A stretch of 20,000 nucleotides of DNA from contig NC_057750.1 of NCBI RefSeq assembly GCF_004010195.1, forward strand, positions 6,287,858-6,307,857, in the 5' to 3' direction. The notes under the pieces are model-generated. The model saw nothing but the letters and a program-made list of their open reading frames with translations, was not told where the DNA came from and searched no databases. The stretch is from Chiloscyllium plagiosum (Eukaryota). Below, in pieces: positions 8,176 through 16,867 of this stretch. How positions within the stretch are numbered: position 1 is the first letter of the stretch; every line of letters starts with the position of its first letter. Position numbers and translations under genes: made by a program.

Positions 8176-8700
8176 ATAGAGTCATAGAGACGTAGAGCAC
8201 GGAAACAGACCCTTCAGTCCATCCCGTCCATGCCGACCAGATATCCCAACCCAATCTAGTCCCACATGCCAGCACCTGGCCCATATCCCTCCAAACCCTT
8301 TCTATTCATATACCCATCCAAATGTCTTTTAAATATTGTAATTGTACCAGCCTCCACCACTTCCTCTGGCAGCTCATTCCATACACGCACCACCCTCTGT
8401 GTGAAAACGTTGCCCGTTAGGTCCCTTTTATATCTTTCCCCTCTAGTTCAGGACTCCCCGACCCCAGGGAAAAGACTTTGTCTATTTATCCTATCCATGC
8501 CCCTCATGATTTTATAAACCTCTATAAGGTCACCCCTCAGTCTCCGACGCTCCAGGGAAAACAGCCCCAGCCTGTTCAGCCTCTCCCTGTAGCTCAAACC
8601 CTCCAACCCTGGCAACATCCTTGTAAATCTTTTCTGAACCCTTTCAAGTTTCACAAGATCCTTCCGATAGGAGGGAGAGCGGAATTGCACGCAAAAGTGG
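8176..8700 (-). mobile_element. CR1-clade (HER1-like) LINE 3' end with ORF2 C-terminal remnant
   Basis: ORF 8448-8690 (-) reads QFRSPSYRKDLVKLERVQKRFTRMLPGLEGLSYRERLNRLGLFSLERRRLRGDLIEVYKIM, the classic CR1 ORF2 C-terminus. The tail ends CTCTATGACTCTATG. Confidence 0.95.
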
Positions 8701-8879
8701 CAATAAGTAAAAGAGAATTAATGTGAGTTCACATATGAATGGGAGACTTTCACAAAAGCTGAGGGTGGCAGATCAATAGCTTCCCAATCCCCACAGCCTT
8801 CCATTCCTCACAGAAGGGACTGGGTCTGCTCTGTGATTTTGGACCAGGTTTGCAAACAGTTATTCGACAGAACGTCCAG

Positions 8880-9000
8880 CGCTGTGCAAGCTGGGTAGGT
8901 TAGCCACAGAAATGCAGGGCTCTGGGTGAGACAGTCTTCAGAGGCTCAGTGTGGACTTGATGGGCCGAATGGCCTGCTTCTACGCTGTAACTGGTCTACA
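8880..9000 (+). mobile_element. V-SINE/CR1 3' tail fragment
   Basis: GTGGACTTGATGGGCCGAATGGCCTGCTTCTACGCTGTA, similar to 16600-16730 and 17215-17380. Confidence 0.6.
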
Positions 9001-9029
9001 CGATGCTTGCTTGAGCTGTTTTAGATGAC

Positions 9030-9135
9030 ACATTGTTGTGGGTCTGGAGTCAGGTGTAGGCCAGACTGGGTAAGGATGACAGATTTCCTTCCCTAATCGG
9101 CATTAATGAGCCAGATGGATTCTTGCAACAATCTT
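9030..9135 (-). mobile_element. tRNA-SINE body fragment
   Basis: GTGGGTCTGGAGTCAGGTGTAGGCCAGACTGGGTAAGGATGACAGATTTCCTTCCCTAA, same family as 4670-5110. Confidence 0.7.
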
Positions 9136-9204
9136 TTTTCCAGACCTAGGTGTGTTGTAAGATCACAACTGAGCAACTTTCCCACCAGCAAATCCCCGTG
9201 ACGT

Positions 9205-9445
9205 TTTAAAAAAAAACATTTTTATTAAAATATTAACTGCCACCAGTAATGACCTGTGTAGTCAAGTAGAGATTTACCCATCTGGGTGATTTCCATCAAA
9301 AGGGAAGGTGGGGGGGGTGGGGTAGGCGGGTGTGTTTAGGGTGAGGGGGAAGGGGCTAAATCAAAATGGAGTTGGAGGGGGAAATAAAGCATTGTACCCT
9401 CTGTGGTGCCCACCTCTCTCGAAAACACCACCATGAATTCCACAT
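9205..9445 (-). mobile_element. L1/Tx1-clade LINE 3' end remnant
   Basis: Minus frame 9424-9356 reads FRERWAPQRVQCFISPSNSILI*, with an F-x-x-x-W terminus typical of L1/Tx1 ORF2, followed by a short UTR and an A/T-rich end. Confidence 0.55.
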
Positions 9446-9449
9446 CAAA

Positions 9450-9551
9450 AGCAAACGGCAAGAACAGCAGATGCTGGAAACAAAATCAGACATTGCTGGA
9501 GAAACTCAGCAGGTCCGGCAGCACCTGTGGGGAGAGAGAGAAAATAGAGTT
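9450..9551 (-). mobile_element. Family B (Penelope-like terminus) fragment
   Basis: TTGCTGGAGAAACTCAGCAGGTCCGGCAGCACCTGTGGGGAGAG...AGAGTT, homologous to the left arm of 309-542. Confidence 0.7.
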
Positions 9552-10047
9552 CCTGGGAGTGTTTGATGGGGACATTGTAGAGAGAGCTTTACTCTGTATC
9601 TAACCCCGTGCTGTCCCTGTCCTGGGAGTGTTTGATGGGGGGACAGTGTAGAGGGAGCTTTACTCTGTATCTAACCCCGTGCTGTCCCTGTCCTGGGGGT
9701 ATTTGATGGGGAACAGCGTAGAGGGAGCTTTACTCTGTTTCGAACCCCGTGGTGTTCCTGTCCTGGGAGTGTTTGATGGGAACAGTGTAGGGGGAGCTTT
9801 ACTCTGTATCTAACCCTGTGCTGTCCCTGACCCTGGGAGTGTTTGATGGGGACAGTGTAGAGAGAGCTGAAACTTTATTGCTGGAACAGCACAGCAGGTC
9901 AGGCAGCATCTAGGGAACAGAAGATTCGACGTTTCGGGCACATGCCCTTCTTCAGGAATGTAGAGAGAGACTTACTCTGTATCGAACCCCGTGCTGTCCC
10001 TGTCCTGGGGGTATTTGATGGGGAACAGCGTAGAGGGAGCTTTACTC
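9552..10047 (+). repeat. 69-bp minisatellite array (about 6 units), interrupted at 9867-9958
   Basis: Unit GTGTAGAGGGAGCTTTACTCTGTATCTAACCCCGTGCTGTCCCTGTCCTGGGAGTGTTTGATGGGGACA. Confidence 0.95.
9924..9959 (-). ncRNA. Putative minimal type I hammerhead ribozyme (best-preserved copy) within a family A element at 9867-9959
   Basis: Minus strand reads AUUC-CUGAAGA-A-GGGC-augu-GCCC-GAAA-CG-UC-GAAU. Stem I AUUC/GAAU, stem II GGGC/GCCC, intact core, palindromic ACGU in place of stem III, GUC cleavage triplet. Activity untested. Confidence 0.65.
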
Positions 10048-10049
10048 AG

Positions 10050-10316
10050 CACCGTGTTCTCTGAATCTGAGGGACCTGGAACATTAGCTCTGCTTTCCCT
10101 CTGCACAGATGCTGCCAGATCATTAATTCCTGATTTTTAAAAAAAATTGCATTCAATTTCCAACACGTGCCAGGACAGGTTTCGAACACAGATCCCCGAA
10201 AACATTAACAAAGACAGAAAATCGCTGGAAAAGCTCAGCAGGTGCAGCGTCTGTAGAGAGAAAGCAGGATGAATGTTTCGGGTTGAGTGACCCTTCCCCA
10301 AAACGTTATGTCACTC
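10050..10316. mobile_element. Two degenerate family B fragments (+ at 10050-10130, - at 10205-10300)
   Basis: CACAGATGCTGCCAGA and GCTGGAAAAGCTCAGCAGG...GTTTCGGGTTGAGTGACCCTTC. Confidence 0.6.
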
Positions 10317-10338
10317 TCTAGACATCCAGTGACAATAG

Positions 10339-10439
10339 ACCCTGCCGCTATTCCTGATGAAGGGCTTTTGCCCGAAATGTCGATTTTCCTGCTCCTCGGA
10401 TGCTGCCTGACCTGCTGTGCATTTCCAGCACCACTCTGA
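10339..10439 (+). mobile_element. Family A hammerhead-motif element with a 22-bp flanking duplication
   Basis: ATTC-CTGATGA-A-GGGC-tttt-GCCC-GAAA-TG-TC-GATT at 10350-10385. TCTAGACATCCAGTGACAATAG occurs at 10317-10338 and 10440-10461. Confidence 0.8.
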
Positions 10440-11019
10440 TCTAGACATCCAGTGACAATAGCACTGGGATATCGCATGGCGAGAATCCCTGTGGAAACTC
10501 AGGCTTATGTTTTACACAGGATTAGAGCGACGTTGAACTGACGAGACCCAGTGTATTGCAAACACAGCAACAAGTGAAGTAAGCGCTTGAGCTGAGTGTA
10601 ACCAGCTGAAACCCAGTAACCATTAGGCTTCAGATTAGGGGTTACACAGACACACAGTAGCAAGGCACAGCTGAGCTGAGCAATGGATGGGATATCATCT
10701 GGTTGTGGGACAGGTGGCACAGGGGTTATTGAATTGGCTGAAAGATCAGAGCTATTCTGAGCGCACACTGCAGCCAACTCTCCACTGTGTCTGCACACGG
10801 ATGTTACGGTCACTTTGGCTAACCCCCGGTTGCATCTTCGAACATGTTTTTCTTAAAAGGACAGTGTCTCAGTGAGACAAAAGTGTTAGACAAGCTTTAT
10901 CTTTTTTTCTTCTGGGACGGGGGAATCGCAGTTATGAAACTTGTGCCCCTTCACAGGGACGGTGTTAATCCCGGAGAATGTGGCACGGGGGAGGAAGTGG
11001 TCGCAGCCAAGCATCAAGG

Positions 11020-11522
11020 GCACGGGGTCGGATTCAGCGTACAGCTCCCTCTACTTATCTAAACCGAAAATAAAACTCCGTTAACTCTGTTAACGCTTAG
11101 AGGAGGGGTTAGATACAGAGGAAGGTTCCCTCGACTCATTTAAACCAAAAGTAAAATTCTCTGACCATTATCCCCTTCAAACACTCCAAGGACAGGGACA
11201 GCATAGGGTTAGAGACACAGCAACGCTTCTTCTACACCCTCCCCATCAAACACTCCCAGGACAGGGACAACACAGAGTTAGATACAGAGTAAAGCTCCCT
11301 CTACACTGTCCCCATTAAACATTCCCAGGACAGGGACAGCACAGAGTTAGATACAGAGTAAAGCTTTCTCTACACTGTCCCCATCAAACACCCCCAGGAC
11401 AGGGACAGCACGGGGTTAGATACAGAGGAAAGCTTTCTCTACACTGTCCCCATCAAACACTCTCAAGATAGGGACAGCACGAGGTTAGATACAGAGGAAA
11501 GCTCTCTCTACACTACCCCCCT
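11020..11522 (-). repeat. 69-bp minisatellite array in inverted orientation, degenerate at its left end
   Basis: ACAGGGACAGCACGGGGTTAGATACAGAGTAAAGCTCCCTCTACACTGTCCCCATCAAACACTCCCAGG units. Confidence 0.93.
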
Positions 11523-11529
11523 CAAACAC

Positions 11530-11612
11530 AGATCTCTCTTTTCTCTCTCTGCTTTTCCTCCACAGATGTTGCCAGACCTGCTGAGTTTCTCCAACAATTT
11601 CTAGTTTTGTTA
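11530..11612 (+). mobile_element. Family B fragment
   Basis: TCCACAGATGTTGCCAGACCTGCTGAGTTTCTCCAACAATTTC. Confidence 0.7.
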
Positions 11613-11844
11613 TTTGTCAAAGCTGGATTTAGAACTGTCCCTGTTGGGTGTGAATTAGGTAAGCCACCAAGCCAAGGGTAATGAACGCAGGAACACCTCC
11701 AACAGAAAGGCATTACATCAGGAGAGGGGCAGGTTGATGGTGGCGCGGCATGTGGGTGACCCCAGCCTGGGGCATTTGACTGAGGTGCTCAGGACGGGCA
11801 ATCCACTGTTGGCATTGCCCAGGATCCAGGCGCCAATGTGCAGT

Positions 11845-11846
<2 letters not shown>

Positions 11847-11876
<30 letters not shown>

Positions 11877-11906
11877 TACAGAGAGAGAGAGAGAGACAGA
11901 GAGACA

Positions 11907-11940
<34 letters not shown>
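11847..11940 (+). repeat. (GA)n microsatellite running into the gap
   Basis: Direct reading of the sequence. Confidence 0.95.
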
Positions 11941-12864
11941 NNNNNNNNNNNNNNNNNNNNNNNNNNNNNNNNNNNNNNNNNNNNNNNNNNNNNNNNNNNN
12001 NNNNNNNNNNNNNNNNNNNNNNNNNNNNNNNNNNNNNNNNNNNNNNNNNNNNNNNNNNNNNNNNNNNNNNNNNNNNNNNNNNNNNNNNNNNNNNNNNNNN
12101 NNNNNNNNNNNNNNNNNNNNNNNNNNNNNNNNNNNNNNNNNNNNNNNNNNNNNNNNNNNNNNNNNNNNNNNNNNNNNNNNNNNNNNNNNNNNNNNNNNNN
12201 NNNNNNNNNNNNNNNNNNNNNNNNNNNNNNNNNNNNNNNNNNNNNNNNNNNNNNNNNNNNNNNNNNNNNNNNNNNNNNNNNNNNNNNNNNNNNNNNNNNN
12301 NNNNNNNNNNNNNNNNNNNNNNNNNNNNNNNNNNNNNNNNNNNNNNNNNNNNNNNNNNNNNNNNNNNNNNNNNNNNNNNNNNNNNNNNNNNNNNNNNNNN
12401 NNNNNNNNNNNNNNNNNNNNNNNNNNNNNNNNNNNNNNNNNNNNNNNNNNNNNNNNNNNNNNNNNNNNNNNNNNNNNNNNNNNNNNNNNNNNNNNNNNNN
12501 NNNNNNNNNNNNNNNNNNNNNNNNNNNNNNNNNNNNNNNNNNNNNNNNNNNNNNNNNNNNNNNNNNNNNNNNNNNNNNNNNNNNNNNNNNNNNNNNNNNN
12601 NNNNNNNNNNNNNNNNNNNNNNNNNNNNNNNNNNNNNNNNNNNNNNNNNNNNNNNNNNNNNNNNNNNNNNNNNNNNNNNNNNNNNNNNNNNNNNNNNNNN
12701 NNNNNNNNNNNNNNNNNNNNNNNNNNNNNNNNNNNNNNNNNNNNNNNNNNNNNNNNNNNNNNNNNNNNNNNNNNNNNNNNNNNNNNNNNNNNNNNNNNNN
12801 NNNNNNNNNNNNNNNNNNNNNNNNNNNNNNNNNNNNNNNNNNNNNNNNNNNNNNNNNNNNNNNN
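11941..12864. other. Assembly gap (924 N)
   Basis: Run of N between a (GA)n tract and a 69-bp array. Confidence 0.99.
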
Positions 12865-13277
12865 GTGTAGAGGGAGCTTTATTCTGTATCTAACCCCGTG
12901 CTGTCCCTGTCCTGGGAGTGTTTGATGGGGACAGTGTAGAGAGAGCTTTACTCTGTATCTAACCCCGTGCTGTCCCTGCCCTGGGAGTGTTTGATGGGGA
13001 CAGTATAGAGGGAGCTTTATTCTGTATCTAACCCCGTGCTGTCCCTGCCCTGGGAGTGTTTGATGGGGACAGTGTAGAGGGAGCTTTACTCTGTGTCTAA
13101 CCCCGTGCTGTTCCTGTCCTGGGAGTGTTTGATGGGGACAGTGTAGAGGGGCTTTATTCTGTTTCTAACCCCGTGCTGTCCCTGCCCTGGGAGTGTTTGA
13201 TGGGGACAGTGTAGAGAGAGCTTTACTCTGTATCTAACCCCGTGCTGTCCCTGCCCTGGGAGTGTTTGATGGGGACA
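12865..13277 (+). repeat. 69-bp minisatellite array (about 6 visible units, very homogeneous)
   Basis: Unit starts at 12865, 12934, 13003, 13072, 13141 and 13209. Confidence 0.97.
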
Positions 13278-13590
13278 GCAATCCACATAATGTGCTGGTG
13301 ATCTGGGTTCGAATCCTGCCAGGGCAGACAGTGGAATTTGAAATTTTTGTAAAATCTGGAATTAAGAATCCAATGATGATCAGGAATCCAGTGTTGACTG
13401 TTGGGAAAACCCATCTGGTTCACTAATGTCCTTTCGGGAAGGAAACTGCCACCCTTACCTGGTCTGGGCCTACCCGTGACTCCAGATCCACAGCAATGGG
13501 GTTAACTCTTAACTACCCTCTGGGGCAATTAGGGATGGGGCAATAAATGATGAGACAGCCCGAGACATCTTTCTCCAGTGAATGAATTAA
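13278..13590 (+). mobile_element. tRNA-derived SINE with CR1-type tail
   Basis: B box GGTTCGAATCC (~13306), body AAACCCATCTGGTTCACTAATGTCCTTT.GGGAAGGAAACTGCC, tail GGCAATTAGGGATGGG.CAATAAATG...TGAATGAAT. Confidence 0.85.
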
Positions 13591-13669
13591 AAGAAAATAT
13601 AACAGGGAAAGGGCAGCAGGTAGGAATAGGCCAAATGGTCTCCTGTGATATTATGATTCTGTCTGAGGT

Positions 13670-13875
13670 GCGCTGCATTTTGAAAAGATCTGAAGAAGCT
13701 GATTTAACATGGAGTAGCAAAGTTCTCCCTCAGGTCCTGGGTAATGTTTATCCCTTAATCAACACCGCTGCTCATTATCACATTTCTATTTGTGGGAGCT
13801 TACTGTGCAGAAAGTGACTGTCACATTGCCAGCGTTATTGCAACAACGACTACGCATCAAAAGGACTGTATTGAG
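13670..13875 (+). mobile_element. Deu-domain SINE remnant
   Basis: GTCCTGGGTAATGTTTATCCCTTAATCAACACC...TCATTATCACATTTCTATTTGTGGGAGCTTACTGTGCAGAAA...ACGACTACGCATCAAAAG matches the recalled Deu core. Confidence 0.65.
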
Positions 13876-13965
13876 CCCTCACGGATGTACACAGACTCCC
13901 AGCCACGGATACAGCAGCACAGGGCTGCACCTTATGCCCCTACGCCATCACGTAGCCGTATGGTA

Positions 13966-14170
13966 GGGGTTCAGCCCCATGACAGAACGCGGCATCCCAC
14001 AGCACTCTGAGATCTCTGTGCTCCCTGAGATCCAGCCTCGCCCCTCTCTCCTGGTTTTCACTGAGGAACTATCACAGGCCGTGCCTTCAGCTGCCCGTTT
14101 CCCAAGCTCCGGAATTCCCATCCCTAAGCCTCCCAGCCTCTCTCTCCTCTTGGACCAAGCCACTCAGCTA
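13966..14170 (+). mobile_element. Old L2-like LINE 3' region
   Basis: GGCCGTGCCTTCAGCTGCC...CCCAAGCTCCGGAATTCCCATCCCTAAGCCTC (AFS..P.L.NS.P motif). Related to 7850-8140 in the opposite orientation. Confidence 0.6.
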
Positions 14171-14183
14171 CCTGTCCCAATAG

Positions 14184-14557
14184 CATAGAGGGAGCTTTAC
14201 GCTGTTATCTAACTTCATGCTGTCCCTGTCCCAAGAGGGTTTGATGGGGACAGTGTAGAGGAAGCTTTACTCTGTATCTAACCCCGTGCTGTCCCTGTCC
14301 AGCGAGTGTTTGATGGGGACAGTGTAGAGCGAGCTTTACTCTGTATCTAATCCTGTGCTGTCCTGTCCTGGGAGTGTTTGATGGGGACAGTGTAGAAGGA
14401 GCTTTACTCTGTATCTAACCCTGTGCTGCCCCTGTCCTGGGAGTGTTTGATGAGGGACGGTGTAGAAGGAGCTGTACTCTGTATCTAACCCCGTGCTGTC
14501 CCTGTCCTGTGTTTGATGGGGGAACCGTGTAGAGGGAGCTGTCCTTTGTATCTAACC
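14184..14557 (+). repeat. 69-bp minisatellite array (about 5.5 units)
   Basis: Same unit as 12865-13277, more diverged. Confidence 0.95.
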
Positions 14558-15289
14558 TCACCCACGGCTGAGGGTCGAATCTGTCTTTTGGTAACTGCTC
14601 TGGTTGGTTGCAGGTTCTAGTTAAATGCAATTGGCTGCTGCCGTTAGCTGGCTGAGATAGAAGTGGAACAAAACCTTCAAACAGGCCCCATCCATCACAG
14701 GAAACATTCCCTGCAGGATTGGAACTAAAGATAGCTGTGGAAAATGTCAGTCACTGCTTTTATGACTCCCTAATGGTAATGGGATCCCCCTATCCCAGTG
14801 GGTGCATTGCTCTGGCATTGTCTGTTTGCCCAGTCCAGGGTGTCAGTGTCTCCAATAATAACTGAGGCAGGTCGGCAGTTACACAATGGGTAGTGATAAT
14901 GTCATTGGCTTCTTCTAATTGTAGCCTGGGTGGGTGGGTTCAAATCTACCTACTTCTAAATACCTTAATTCCATCTGCTGTTGATCTGACCAATCTATTA
15001 ACATCCCTCCAAGAGGGGGAGGCAATGGTATTATCGCTGAATTGGTAATCCTGAGACCCAGATAATTAATATTTTGGACAATATGTCTTCATCACAATGA
15101 CCATGATTGTTGTAAAAGCCATGAGGGTCAGAAATATTGTTTTTGGGGAAAGGAAATCTATTGTCCTACCCCAGTCTGGCCACTATGCTTTCTTTTAAAC
15201 TCACTTGTGGGACAGGGACATCACTGAATGAATACTTTATTCATCCCGTGAAAGAATAAAGAAATAAAAATCTCCCTCACACCTTCTTC

Positions 15290-15480
15290 CTCAGTGTCAA
15301 TTCCCCTGGCCAATCTTTGCAAACTTACTGACCGCCCATCCTACATTGTCATTGACGTCACTTACGAATTTCGCAAACGCTAAAGGACCCAGCACCTGAC
15401 TCCTGTGCTTTGTCACTGCTGTCCAAGCTCCTGCCACATAAACAGCCTCCTGCCACCACCCTCTGCCTCTTATAGCCAAA
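15290..15480 (-). mobile_element. Highly decayed CR1 reverse-transcriptase fragment
   Basis: Minus frame QVLGPLAFAKFVSDVNDNVGWAVSKFAKIG corresponds to CR1 RT SVLGP.LF.I.INDLD.......SKFADDTKIG, with the DD residues deleted. Confidence 0.7.
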
Positions 15481-15497
15481 CCATCTCACCAAGCAAA

Positions 15498-15820
15498 GGT
15501 GATGGCCTAGTGGTATTATCGCTGGGCTGTTAATCCAGAAACTCAGCTAGTGTCCTTGGGACCCAGGTTCAAATCCTGCCACAGCACAATTTGTATCTGA
15601 TAAATATCTGGAACTAAGTGTCTAACAATGACCTTGAATCAATAGTCTTAAAAAATCCCCTTCTGGGTCACTAATGTCCTTTAGGGAAGGAAACTGCCAT
15701 CCTTACCTGGTCTGGCCTACATGTGACTCCAGACCCTTGATGCTTAACTGCCCTGTGGGCAATTAGGGACAGACAATAAATACTGCCTATCCAGTGATGC
15801 CCTCACCCCACAAGTGATTC
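15498..15820 (+). mobile_element. tRNA-derived SINE with CR1-type tail (near full length)
   Basis: A box TGGCCTAGTGG (15503), B box GGTTCAAATCC (15566); body and tail as in 13278-13590. Confidence 0.85.
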
Positions 15821-15941
15821 CAAAGAATCATAGTGGCTGGACTGGGTTAGAACAGCAGATTTACTTCACTTACAATGACCTTGGCTCTTAGAACAATCGT
15901 GGTCAGTGACAAAGACATATTGTCCAAAATATTAATTAATA

Positions 15942-16131
15942 CACAGAGTTCCCGGTCTGACTTACAAACGAACATACTTATGAATGCGATCCCATACAGG
16001 GGAGTAATTTTAAAGATTTAAAACCCTTTCTGTACTTGCGAGCAGCTACCTTATAATACTTTGCACTCTGTACAAGTTCACTTGCAAACAAACTCCACAA
16101 CAGAGTGAATTCACCATTCGGGGACTGCCTG
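15942..16131. mobile_element. Degenerate Tigger/pogo-type MITE
   Basis: TA-CACAGAGTTCCCG ... CGGGGACTGCCTG-TG imperfect TIRs, with internal repeated ACTT(A/G)(C/T)(A/G)A motifs. Confidence 0.5.
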
Positions 16132-16187
16132 TGTCACTGACAAGACAGATATAGATACTCTGCAAAACCAGATCCACTGGATACAGC

Positions 16188-16328
16188 CATGATGTGGAGG
16201 TGCTGGTGTTGGACTGGGGTCAGAAGTCACGAGACACCAGATTATAGTCCAACAGGATTATTTGAAATCCTCTGATGAAGGAGCAGCACTTCGAAAGCTT
16301 GTGATTTCAAATAATGGTGTTACTTCTG
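16188..16328. mobile_element. Family D hammerhead-motif element, internally inverted, with a 12-bp flanking duplication
   Basis: CTGATGA-A-GGAG-cagca-CTTC-GAAA-GC-TT at 16272-16300. TTATTTGAAATC/GATTTCAAATAA and GTCAGAAGT/ACTTCTGAC are inverted pairs. ACTGGATAC(A/T)GC occurs at 16176-16187 and 16329-16340. Confidence 0.7.
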
Positions 16329-16399
16329 ACTGGATACTGCAGTAGATGGTACCCGGGTCCCTGGCGCTGTGAGACGGCAGTGCTAACCATTTAGCCACT

Positions 16400-16730
16400 G
16401 TGGCTAAACGGTTAGCACTGCTGTCTCACAGCGCCAGGGACCCGGGTTCAATTCTACCCTCGGGTGACTGTGTGGAGTTTACACATTCTCCCTGTGTCTG
16501 CGTGGGTTTCCTCCGGGTGCTCCGGTTTCCTCAAACAGTCCAAAGATGTGCAGGTTAGGGTGGATTGGCCATGTTAAATTGTCCTAATGTGTCTAAGGAT
16601 GTGCAAGCTAGGCTGGTTAGCCATGGAAATGCAGGGATACAGTAAGGGGGTGTGTCTGGGATACTTGTCTGAGGACCAGTGCAGATTTGATGGGCTGAAA
16701 GGCCCCTATCCAGTCTGTAGGGATTCGATG
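16400..16730 (+). mobile_element. HE1-like V-SINE, preceded by an inverted copy of its own head (16351-16398)
   Basis: tRNA-like head, V-domain TGTGGAGTTTACACATTCTCCCTGTGTCTGCGTGGGTTTCCTCCGGGTGCTCCGGTTTCCTC, tail CTGTAGGGATTC. Confidence 0.92.
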
Positions 16731-16782
16731 CTCATAAGGAGGTAGGAGGTAGGAGCGGAATTAGGCCATTTGGCCCATTGAG

Positions 16783-16867
16783 GTGCAAGTGAGTACTGGA
16801 GATTAGAGTCTAGAGTATGGTGCTGGAAAAGCACAGTAGGTCAGGCAGCATCCAAGGAGCAGGAGAG
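16783..16867 (-). mobile_element. Family A element lacking the ribozyme core, 13-bp TSD, inserted in a CR1-type tail (16733-16900)
   Basis: TTGGCCCATTGAG at 16770-16782 and 16868-16880; body GCTGGAAAAGCACAGTAGGTCAGGCAGCATCCAAGGAGCAGGAGAG. Confidence 0.8.

Noticed and set aside
10537..10612. CTGACGA...GAAA possible hammerhead in the unassigned segment
   Set aside because: No convincing stem II or stem I pairing between the boxes.
11734..12893. The two longest ORFs (378 and 351 aa)
   Set aside because: Artefacts of (GA)n plus the N gap.
12865..13277. Regularly spaced repeats suggesting a CRISPR array (also 6841-7325, 9552-10047)
   Set aside because: Units are contiguous tandem copies with no unique spacers, the context is eukaryotic, and there are no cas genes.
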